Shown here piece by piece: positions 14,401 through 25,216 of a stretch of 64,000 bases of DNA. Within the stretch, counting starts at the first letter, position 1, and each line of letters starts with the position of its first letter. The translations under genes were made by a program, and so were the position numbers. The stretch is from Cenococcum geophilum (Eukaryota), in the NCBI GenBank assembly GCA_050273025.1, contig CP158635.1:8184001-8248000 (forward strand), in the 5' to 3' direction. The notes under the pieces are model-generated. The model was not told where the DNA came from and did not search any database. It was given only the letters and a program-made list of their open reading frames with translations.

Positions 14401-15419
14401 TCCCTACAGTATTTATCCTCCGCCTCTTAACGCACTTCCTAGCCTCCTCTCTTTACCCTAGCCAGCTCTCTAGCAAATAAAAGGTGTAGTAAGAGGTTTA
14501 TCTACATAAACCAGTCCGCAACTGCCTTAGTAGCCTTTAGCTTAGTTAGGAGCTCTTTATATAAGGATATTCCAGCACAGTAATATATTTCCGCCCGGCT
14601 AGCAGCGTGCCTAGGGCAGAACACCACTACGTACATTATTAATTGTTAGCTATAGCCGCATAGGCAGGCCGGAGTTAGGTACCCTAGTACTTTTTGGTAG
14701 TAGAGGTATCTGTTAAGCCCTATATACTCAGTTCTAAGCAGCGTATTAATTATACTCTCTACCCTTATAAGCCTTACGTGGCGTTTAAAGACTTCCTTAT
14801 TCTATAGCTTGGCCTAGGCCGTTATATAGTGGGTAAGCGTGCTCTAGTACTTTTCCTATTCCCTTTTCTACCGCTCCTTAAACGCCTTTTATACCCCAGC
14901 CCTTCTACTTCTCTTATACTGCGCTTTAGATAAGTCCATTGGCCGTATATCTATCCCTAAGATAGCGGCCGCTATCCTCTTAAGCTTATCCCATCTAGTG
15001 GGCCATATTAATGGCTTTATTCTAGGCCGGAGTTAGTAGGCTATTATGGCCCATATAGTGTTACACTCCCTCTTAATATACTTTCTTGCTGGTCCTTCCC
15101 GCGTTCTCTCCGCGTAGGCTATAGCTAGCTCTTTAAGGTGTATCTATAGCGGCGGAAACCCCGTCTCGTGCTCTAGTACTACTGTTAGCGTTAATTTATA
15201 CGCCCCCGCAATAGTGCGGAGGCATAGGTTCTATACTACACCCAGCTAGCATAGCTTAGTTTTGCTTATCTCCTTAGGCTTCGTCCACTCCAATAGCGAG
15301 TACTAGGTACTACATCTATATAAGATTGCCGGCCGGACCACGGCGGAGTATATTATCCGCGCCTTCTAGAAGGAGGCGCCCCATATAGAGGCCGTAAGCC
15401 GGGTTAATACGGCTATTTA
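14400..15419 (-). pseudogene. LINE1 ORF2 C-terminal fragment (post-RT region and CCHC zinc finger)
   Basis: De-RIP QMAALTRLTASTWGASFQKARMIYSAVVRPAISYG and LRTEHIGLNxYL..PACPCGYSRQSVxHVVVFCP. Confidence 0.85.
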
Positions 15420-17021
15420 GCAGGTAGTTATATATTAGCTAGTAGTGCTAGTAATATAGTAGAGTTTAACATACCTGCTTATCTAGGCCTCTACCCCAGT
15501 TTTCTAGTGCATTATCCCAGTCTATAAGTAGTTGGCTACTACCACCAATAACACGGGGAGTTTTACCAGTTCTTTTGGATATCTTATAGCTGGTCAGTCT
15601 GCCCCCCAGCAGTCTATATAAGAGTTTCCTCCCAGAGTTGGTACGCTTTCGCACGGCTTAGGAGCCTTCTATAGCCTCTGGTCTCACGCCTTTCTTTATT
15701 ATTTCCGCCGGTACGGGCATAAGCTGCCATTTCCAGGGGTCGCAACTCCCGTCTTACATACCTACTGGCGTAATCCTACGAGGGCGTCGTAGCTGCATCC
15801 TGCAATATGGAAGCCTTGGGTGCACCTTCTACAGTTAAGGCCAGCCAAACCTCTCCCGCCTAAGTAACTCCTGTTTGCTCCTTAAGCGTGCCTCACTAGC
15901 GTACTGCCCTAGCGAGCAGTCCTGTCTATTAGTACACCGACACGCGCATCCGTTTTTTCGAGCCACGTAGTAGTCTCTCCGGCCAGGACGTGATCCTACC
16001 TACCTACCAGGTGCACCAGGGGTCAGAGCCCAGTTAAGGGGTGAGGTCCCTAGAGCCAGCAGTGGCTACTACGTACTACGCCCCGCGGGAGGTTCCCGTT
16101 TCGCGTTGCCTGTAAGAGTCTCCTCATGACAGGCCGACCGTGTCTTGCAGGAGGGGGGCCGTAGAGACACCAGGTCCCGCACCAGACGACCTGCTCCCCC
16201 CCCTCCTACTAACCAAGCTTGTGTCCCCCCTTTTTATAAGCTGGCCTGTGTCTCTAACTATCGAGTCCTCGTCCAACTGGCCTGTGTTTCCTTAGAGCCT
16301 CCCCCATATAATACGCGTCAGGTTGCGTGCACCACGCCTATTAAGACCCTCCTGTGAGTCACCTGGTCGAACGCCATGGGGCCGTCGAAGCTGGCCTGTG
16401 TTTCCGCTGCCTAGAGCTTTGCCCGTGTTTCCACCTCGTTAAGCCGTCTGGTCGCCGTCGCGTCGCTATCACGTCGCTGTCGCGTCTGTCGTCCAGGTCG
16501 CGCGCACCACGCCTATTAAGACCCTCTTCTGAGTCACCTGGGTGTCGGATAGATAGGCCCTTGTAGAGGGGCCTTAACGAGTTCTCTAGGCAGGGCCTTA
16601 ACAAGTTCTTTGCGGTGGCCTTGGGGCCTTAACAAGTTTCGTACGAGGTATCTACGACGCGTTAACCTTAACAAGTTCTTATAAAAAGAGGTTCCCTACG
16701 CCCTCGCCGCATCCCTTTACGATCTCAGAGCTAGTGTAAGCCTAAGGGTGTCCTGTTATATGACTAGGACGCATCTACGTCAACTAGCTATAATAAGGCC
16801 AGTTTCGGGCCTGGCTATAAGCCAGGTAGTCGTATATCGGGTAGTTTTCGTATCCTAGTTTCCCTTAATAGGCCTCCCTAGGTGGTAGAGCAGGAGCCTC
16901 AAGCGGAGGCAGTAAGGCTTCTGGTGTTGTTGAGGGCGATGCGTACACGTCGCGAGCTCAACACCACAGAACCGCAGCGACAGCGCGCTACACGCGCTGC
17001 GACGGCTCTCTACCATCGCCT

Positions 17022-17106
17022 CTGCACTTGGCCATCAAAAGGAACGATTTCCTGATGATGTTTCCACCCGCGGCGACGTAGACGCGTACAGTAGGGCTTC
17101 GCGGGC
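17022..17106 (-). ncRNA. HDV-like self-cleaving ribozyme at the 5' end of element G, copy 1
   Basis: P1 GCCCGCG/CGCGGGT with first G.U wobble; P2 CTGYAC/GTGCAG; P3 GCG/CGC; L3 TCYACGT; P1.1 GG; P4 CATCA..AGGAA/TTCCT..TGATG; J4/2 GCCAA with the catalytic-C position at 17031. G1 abuts the TSD. Confidence 0.88.
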
Positions 17107-17211
17107 AGTAAAACTCTATACCGCTACCCAACGCAACTATATAAATATAATAAATAATAAGTCTTAACTAAATTAAATTATTTTAAACCTTTAGCTAAAA
17201 AGGGGGGGTAC

Positions 17212-20200
17212 TATAACGGGACTAGCCTAGTTATAGTAGGAACGTCTTAGTAAAACACTTAATAGATAAATTCTGTTATAGGACACCCCTATAATACCTT
17301 ATACACGCCTACCTACTTTTACTATCTACGAGATCGCAATTTGCCGCGACCTATAGCAATCTAACGGTAATCTGCTATATTCTGCTATATTCCACTAAGT
17401 CCTACTAAATTCTGCTAAATTCTGCTAAGTTTTACTAAATTCTGCTAAGTTCTGCTAGGACTATATCCTAAATCCTATTTTACTCCATGTACGTATTAAC
17501 TAAGCAACTAAGTTAACAATATATACCCTTTCTTCCCGTTTTCCTATCTTCTTTCCTTACGCAACGTCTTAACCTTATTACACAGTTTATATATATAGCT
17601 TAATAATATCTACTCTACTATATATTATCGTCGCTTATACTTACTCCGTAATACTATATTACGTTAAACCTACCTTATACTGCCCCGTCTAATATATAAA
17701 ACAACCTAAAAGCCCCTATATCTATAAAAGACCTATATACTATATTTACCGAATAAATAAAGACTCTATAATAGGCCTTTACGAACACCCTTGCCTATTA
17801 AGAAGCCCGATATTATAAGTTAATCAAATCTCTAAAAAAAGAAATTAAAGAGATCCGCTAAAACCCACTATCTACCCTACCGTTACCCCTACTCGCCGCT
17901 ACTAGTATTAACCTATAAACACTAGGTAGAGAGAATATATCTAAAACTAGCTCCTTAACCCCAAATTTGCTAACTAGTACCCCTAGAAAGAAGTTAACTA
18001 AACATCTCCCTAATCCTCCCGCCTATTTAGGTAATAGAAGTAAACTATACTCCTTCCTTAACCAACTTAAGAATAAGCTAAATAGTAATATTAATCGCTA
18101 CCTAACTCCTAATAACTAGTTGTGTTACGCTATAAGCCGCCTAATAGGAGACGCCGTAAAAACTATATACCTATTTCAGCTAAGCACTATAAAAAACTAG
18201 TCACTATACTAAAAGCATCTTACAGCAACCCTAACCAAATTATTATAGTATAAAGAAAACCAAATAAGATAATATAAGGCTCTAAGAGCTTTCTATTATA
18301 CTTTACTAAATTCTACTACTATATTAAAGAGACTAGATGGAACAAACCCGCCTTAATTAATTGCCTAGTAGAGTCCCTAAACTCCGAACTAAAGGCTTCC
18401 CTTATAAAAGTTAAGCTGCTAAATACCCTTACCGCCTGTGCTAATGTTATTAACGGCTTATATAACGATATACTACACCTTACCCTAAAACATATATCCT
18501 AATACTCCGCCCCCTAGCCGCCTAAGACTCGCAAGGATCCGGATACTATAGATATTGATACTAGAATACTAGAGTATACTCTACTAGGGTTCTTTAAATA
18601 AGAACAACGCATTAAGCTAGGCCTTTACTTTAAGTGCGGAAGTAAAGACTATATCTTAAGAAACTATTCCGTCCCTTTGCCTACGCCCTAAAACGATTTA
18701 TAAACGGCTAATTTTAGTAACTATCTACCGCGCCCAACCTTAAGTTATTACTTATAGCCTTCCTTATCCGGTTCCAGGCCTACGCCTAGTAAGCGCCACT
18801 TATAAGGACGAAGCTATAACTAATATACTACGAGAACTCCGCCCTAATTACCTATAAAAGGAAGGTTTTAGAGCTAAGTCGCTCTCTAGGATAACTCTAT
18901 CTTAGGATTTTATTAAATGCTTTAGATATTACAAACTCTAACTTTTAGGATTATAGCATAACCGTTAACTGCCGCCTTTAGCAGAATAATTAATAGGCTA
19001 ATGCTTAAGTCCTAATTAATACAGGAGCTAGTAGTATAGGATTTATTAATAAGATCTTCGCGTAAGATAATAGTTTTACCCTAAACCCCCTTAACCGGCA
19101 TATTAACGTATTTGGATTTAATAGTAAACGCATAGTCTTAGGCTAAATTACCTATATAGTATATCTAAGACTCTAATACCTAAATTACGAAGAACTAATT
19201 AGGCTTTTTATCATTACCCTAGGTTACCTAATAATCCTTAAATAACCCTAGATAAAGCTATATAAGGTAAATATTAATTAGGACAACCTTAAGCTTTTAT
19301 TTACCGCCTTATAATATAAGCTAGAATGCTCTATAACACACCGCTCTAACCCTAAACTAAAATCTAAGAAATCTACTAAGATCCACTAGCCTAAGATTTC
19401 TACCAATATCTACTCTACGCCTAAGGAATCTACCAGATTCTACTAGTATAGGAATTCTACCGAATTTTACTAATATAAGAAATCCACCGACATCTACTAA
19501 GGATCCGAAAATTCTGCTAAATTCTATAAGTTATTACTAAGCATTACACCGCCCTAAACTAAGTAAAAGCTTAAGCTTAGTATATAAAACTACTAAAAGA
19601 ACTAATACCCTATAATAAAAAGAATACTTAAAGAACCTAAACCTAAATCTAATACTAACTCTATACCTAATACTAAACCTAAACCTAAATAAGGAACTAT
19701 GGACAATCTAAGCAAGCTCGGCACCCTAAATATCCGCATAATTAAAGCTACTCTATTAGTATAACTTACTAAAAAACCTAAACATACAATCTTCGCTATT
19801 ACTATAGCTAATATTAAGAAGGCCTTAGCACTGAAAAAGTATACTAACCCTACCATAAAGGTACTAGTAGAGTATTATTATCGCCTAGATGCATTCTTAT
19901 AAAAGGAAGCTAATAAGCTACTAGAACACCGACTATACGACTATAAAATTATACTTAAAAAAGGAAAGTAGCCTAGATTTAGACCCTTATATAGGATATC
20001 CCAAAATAAACTCTAAGTACTATAAAAGTATTTAGACGAGAACCTAAGTAAAGGATTTATTAGAGTAAGCTCGTCGCCTATAGCCGTACTAGTAATCTTT
20101 ATTAAGAAACCTAGTAGCGGTTTACGCTTCTATATAGACTACTAAGCTTTTAATACTATTACTGTTAAGAACTAATATCTAATTCCATTAATATAAGAGA

Positions 20201-23200
20201 CGCTAAACTAACTAAGTAAGGCTCGTTACTACACAAAGCTCAATATTATCTCTGCATTTAACCGTCTCTATATTATAAAAGGAGATAAATAGCTTACTGC
20301 ATTTTATACCCAATATAGACTATTTAAGTACTTAGTAATACCATTTAGCCTTATAAACGCTCTAAGCTCGTTTTAATATTATATAAATAATACCCTATAT
20401 CCCTACCTAGACATTTTCTATACTGCTTATATTAATAATATCTTAATATATAGTAATAACCTAACTAAATATTAGAAATACGTTAACCTTATTCTATAAG
20501 CCCTATACGGAGCTAGTCTATAATTAGATATAGATAAATATAAATTTTATAAAACGGAAGTCCTATACCTTAGACTTTTTATTTTTATAAACGGTATATA
20601 AATAGACCTAAAGAAAGTCGAAGTAATTATAAACTAGTAAAAACCTAAGAACGTTAAGGACGTAAGAGCCTTTATAGGATTTGCTAATTGCTACTAACAG
20701 TTTATTAATAACTTCTCTGCCCTAGTTTTACCCCTTATAGCTCTAACCTAAAAGGATAAAGTTTTTATCTTTAATAAGGAATATAAGAAGGCCTTTACTT
20801 ATCTAAAGGTTATGTTTACTTCTACGCCCATACTTTAATACTTTAACCTAAACCGAATAAGTGTTATAGAAGCCGACTTATCTAACTATATTATTAGAAA
20901 CATCCTGTCTTAATATAACAAGGATAGAGTATTATACCCTATAGCATACTTTTTAAAATAACTAAGCCTAGCTAAATATAACTACAAGATCTATAATAAG
21001 GAATTATTAGCTATTATTAGATATTTTAAACAATGGCGACCTAAACTAGAAGGCGCTAGATTTCTAATTAAGGTCCTTAGTAACTATAAGAACTTATAGT
21101 ACTTTATAACTACAAAATAGCTATATTATTATTAGGCCCGCTAGTTAAAATATCTATCTTATTTCTAATTCTTAATTATATACTACTTAGGCGTTTAAGG
21201 TTAAAAGCCTAACGCCCTAACCCAACACTCGCAAGACGCGCCAGCCCTAAAAAAAGCGCGCTCTTACTAAAATTAGACCCTACTTTGCCCTAAACTATTT
21301 AACCCTCCTATTAAAGATCTTACGGTATACGTCCTTAAAATAACTAATTAATTAATTAAATAGATTATAGTTAATAAATACCCAAATAACAAGTTTATCT
21401 AAGAGACGCTTAAACTAATATAAGATAGCATTAGACGCTTTAAAAAGATTTCTCTAAATAAATGCGAAGCCTACGGAAACCGCTTATATTACTAGAACCG
21501 CCTAGTTATACCTAACTATAATAAACTTAAGCTTAAGCTCCTTAAATATATACACGATTTACTAGTAGCCAGCTACCTAGGCCAAGGAAAAACCCTAAAA
21601 CTGCTTTAATAAGAATACTATTAGCTAAATATATATAATATAATATAAAGGTATATCTCTAGCTACTATATCTGCTAACGAGCTAAAGCTTTATATAAGA
21701 TGTATAACGGCCTCCTAAAGCTACTGCCTATTCTAGACTAAAGATAGAAAGACATCTTAATTAACTTTATTATTAACCTCCTTATAAGTAAAGGCTATAT
21801 AAACATTATAGTAGTTATAGACTAACTATCTAAGATAAGGCAGTTAATCGCCTGCCATAATATATTAATGCCTACCGTCGCCTAACTGTTCCTAGATTAT
21901 ATATAAAAACTCTATAGACTCCCTAAAACGATTATCTCTAATAAAGGCAGCTAGTTTATCTCTATATTTTAGAAAGAACTAACTACCTAACTCCGCATTA
22001 AAGCACTACTATTTACTATATATTACCTAGAAATAGACGGTTAAATAGAACGTATAAACGCTATAATAAAACAGTATATCTAAATATACACGTTATATTT
22101 ATAAGATAACTAGATTAACTGGCTTATATTTACCAAGTTTACTATAAATAATTTCATCTCGGAAACTATAAAGGTCTCCCTATTCCTAGCTAATTATGGC
22201 TAGCACCTATAAATAGGTTTTAAACCTTTTAGTAATATTCCTTGCCCCGCTTATTATACTTTATAAGTTATAAAAGTAAATAAATTTATAGAGAAGATAG
22301 AGGAACTATAACGGTTCCTTACTAATAAAATAATATGGGCCCAATCTATCTATAAAGCCGCAGCGAATAAAAAACAAACCCTAGCACTAGCCTACTAAAT
22401 TAGTAACTTTGTTTGGCTAGATATAAGAAACCTAAATATAAAATAACCTACTAAAAAACTTAATTAGAAAAACGCTGCCCTTATAAGATTAAGAAGGTTG
22501 TTTCCTTTTACGCCTACTAACTAAAGCTCCCTAATACGGTTAAAATCCACCCCGTATTCTATACGTTAGTCCTTTACCCTACTACCCCTATATTAGACGC
22601 CCTGCCTAGATAGATATAAGACCCTCCCCTACTAGTTAAAATAGATAGTAAAAATAAGTACTTTATTAAAAGAATTAATAATATTAAGTATAATAAACGG
22701 AAACGCTAATATATATATCTTACAAAATAGAGAGGCTTTATTAAGCCCTTATAGGAACCCGTTAACTCTATAGGACTTATATAAGCCGTAAAAGACTTTT
22801 ACAAACTCTACCTAGAACTACTATAGCCCTACCTCGCAGAAGCTTAATTTTAAAGGGGGGTACTATTATAGAACACTCCCGTAACACTTTATACACGCCT
22901 ACCTACTTCTACCGTCTATAAGACTGCAATTTGCCGCGACCTATAGCAATCTAACGGTAATATACTATATTCTGCTATATTCCACTAAGTCCTACTAAAT
23001 TCTACTAAATTCTGTTAAGTTCTACTAAATTCTGCTAAGTTCTGCTAGAACCACGTCCTAAATCCTATTCTACTCTATATATATATTAACTAAGCAACCA
23101 AGTTAACGGTATATACCCTTTTTTCCCATTTTCCTACCTTCTTTCCTTACGCAACGTCTTAGCCTTATTATATAGTTTATGTATATAGCTTAATAATATC

Positions 23201-23530
23201 TACTTTGCTATATATTATCGTCGCTTATACTTACTCCGTGACAAATTCCAACACTTTATCCAAATTCTACTAAAATTTACTAGCTTAATTAACTTCTGCT
23301 AAGTTCTGCTAGATCTATTAAATTTTACTAAAGTCTGTTAAAGACCGCGTACGTATATGCGCACGCATTGACCACTAAGTCCCTAACTATTTAATTATAT
23401 AATTCTCTTATTATTCCTTTCTCTTCTTTACGCAATGTCTTATTCTTAGCGAGAGCTATATACCCTTAGATTTAGATAAAATTTATATTATTCCTTTAAA
23501 TCTTTCCTAAAGTCTCTTCGCGCCCTTATA
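17212..23530 (+). repeat. 3' LTR of gypsy A, split by C (17212-17273 plus 23249-23530)
   Basis: Follows the PPT; RIP-altered ends TATAACGGG...CCCTTATA; the right end is inferred because no second copy is in the window. Confidence 0.65.
17274..23243 (+). mobile_element. Ty3/gypsy chromovirus C, full length (5970 bp), RIP-inactivated
   Basis: 380-bp LTRs at 17274-17653 and 22864-23243; TSD AATTC; gag with CCHC ~18620-18670; protease LIDTGAS ~19010; RT ~19970-20600; RH, IN, chromodomain ~22655-22810; PPT ~22853-22860. Confidence 0.96.
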
Positions 23531-23797
23531 TAAAGCTATTTATAAACGACCTTCTATATCTAGAGTACGCGGCTAATAAGGCATAGCTTTAGTAATATAA
23601 AGTTCTATATAAGGGAGGTAGGGAGAAAAGTTAATATATTAATGCTTAAAGCGGTAGTATATTTTAGGCAATAAGTTAGTCTAAATAAGAAGGCGGTAAT
23701 ATAAATTGGTTATAACTAAGGTTACCTTTATAACCCTATTATATATATTATTTAGATTCTATTTTAATCTAACGGTTTTATAATTAAATAGTCACTT

Positions 23798-24957
23798 TAT
23801 TACGGCCCTAGTGAAAACTAGTAGACTATAGCTAGTAAATATTAGTGGATTATAGCGGATAATCGCAGACAGTTTTAGATAATTGCCGTTATATAACCAG
23901 AGGATTATATATAATATTAAGCGGCGCTATCTTCCGTTTTCTTTCCTTTCTTTAGCTTTAGATCCTTATTTATAGACTACTATTTATATAGGCTTACGCG
24001 TCCCTCTTACTATGCTTATACCTTAATTAACTAAGTCACTAATATTATCTAAAGCTTAACCACCCTTTCTTTTTAAGAAGGAACTTAAATATATCTACGG
24101 ACTATAAATAAGATAAGGATATACAAACGAACCTAAAGGACATTACTAGAATAATAAAAACAGAATAAAACCCTAAGGATAGGACGGAACTAAAAGGATA
24201 TATATAATATAACCTAAAAAACCGGACACGTATAGACTAGAACCCTATAGAAACCTATTAAAAATTACCTAATACCTACACTACTATACTAAGAAGTATA
24301 GCAGCTAGCAATGCAGCTATAGAACCCTTAAATACCTCTAATAGTAAAATAGAAACTAACTTAAACTCCTAGGTAGAGCTCGTAGTAGCTAATACTAAAA
24401 TTAAATAACTTTAAAAGTTGCTTAAAGCTAGAGAACCCCCTATACCTAGTAATAAGTTATTAAACACCTAGAGACTTACTATAGTCTTTAAGGCCCTAGC
24501 CTAATATACTATATTAGTATTATCGCGGTCCATAAAGGTTACGGACCCCCTATGACTTACGGATGGAACCAACCCTATATTTAATAACTAGAAGCTTTAA
24601 TTATAGGATGGGCTTAAAGTTAATACAGATTACTTTCCTACTATTTAGGCTAAAATGGCCTATATCTTCGGCCGTACTAGTAACGATATATAGATATACC
24701 TACGTCCGCAATACGCCTAGGACTTAATAAACCCTTTCCTCTCTAGAGAAGAGATAATTGCTTACCTATCTTCTATTTATAAGGACCCCTTTAAAGTATA
24801 AAACGCTCGCCTTAATTATAAAAGCCTAAATATAAAACCGATAGAGACCTTCTTAGCCTTTTAAACCCGCTTTTTATACCTAGCCGGCTAGGTATAAATC
24901 CCCTAAAAAGATCTACTATTAGACCTATTTAATAAGCTTACGCTAGACCTATAGCGA
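23798..24957 (+). mobile_element. Truncated relative of gypsy D (5' LTR and start of gag)
   Basis: Collinear with 36964-38110; homology ends abruptly at ~24957. Confidence 0.88.
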
Positions 24958-25216
24958 GGCCTTAGCATTATAGCTAGGTATAAATTTAGAAGTGTTTTAA
25001 GGTATAGGGTTAGCAAGGTTTAGTATTACTCCCCCTATATATATAGTAGCGATAGCACCTAATTTCGCTTAGGCTTTACCTAAATTAGTATATAGAGCTA
25101 GCAGAATTAGATATAGTGGCTACTAAAAGGGTCGCCTCTTTATACTTAAAGTAATTCGCAACTTCTTTTTCTTACTAATATTATAATCTTTATTCTAGAT
25201 TATAGTGTCTTATTAT
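24958..25216 (-). mobile_element. Possible 3' end fragment of another LTR element (PPT AGGGGGAG then partial LTR)
   Basis: Minus-strand AGGGGGAGTAA followed by TACTAAACC (RIP-altered TG start?); no second copy to confirm. Confidence 0.3.

Larger units (their letters stand above)
13653..17106 (-). mobile_element. Chimeric non-LTR insertion: non-coding element G (17106-15420) fused to the 3' part of Tad1-clade LINE1 (15419-13653)
   Basis: 14-bp TSD AGTAAAACTCTATA at 13639-13652 and 17107-17120; short A/T repeat tail at the 13653 end. Confidence 0.9.
3303..23530 (+). mobile_element. Ty3/gypsy chromovirus A (pol, 3' UTR, 3' LTR), interrupted by B1, a solo LTR, the G-LINE1 chimera and C
   Basis: RT motifs at ~3840-4420 (de-RIP KFGPLYSMS..KGFIRPS..GGLRFCIDYRALN; YIDD-like at ~4294). 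RNase H ~11060-11400, integrase ~12050-13080, chromodomain ~13160-13330, PPT ~17197-17208. The reading frame resumes across each insertion. Confidence 0.9.

Noticed and set aside
17045..17065. Hammerhead core CTGATGA
   Set aside because: No matching stem II and GAAA on that strand; it is the complement of the HDV P4 stem.
15420..17106. G as telomerase RNA (size and 3' splice-like signals fit)
   Set aside because: No CCCTAA template in either copy, no Sm site, multi-copy, and it starts with an HDV-like fold.
23531..23797. Unassigned RIPped segment
   Set aside because: No motif or repeat partner recognisable; left unannotated.
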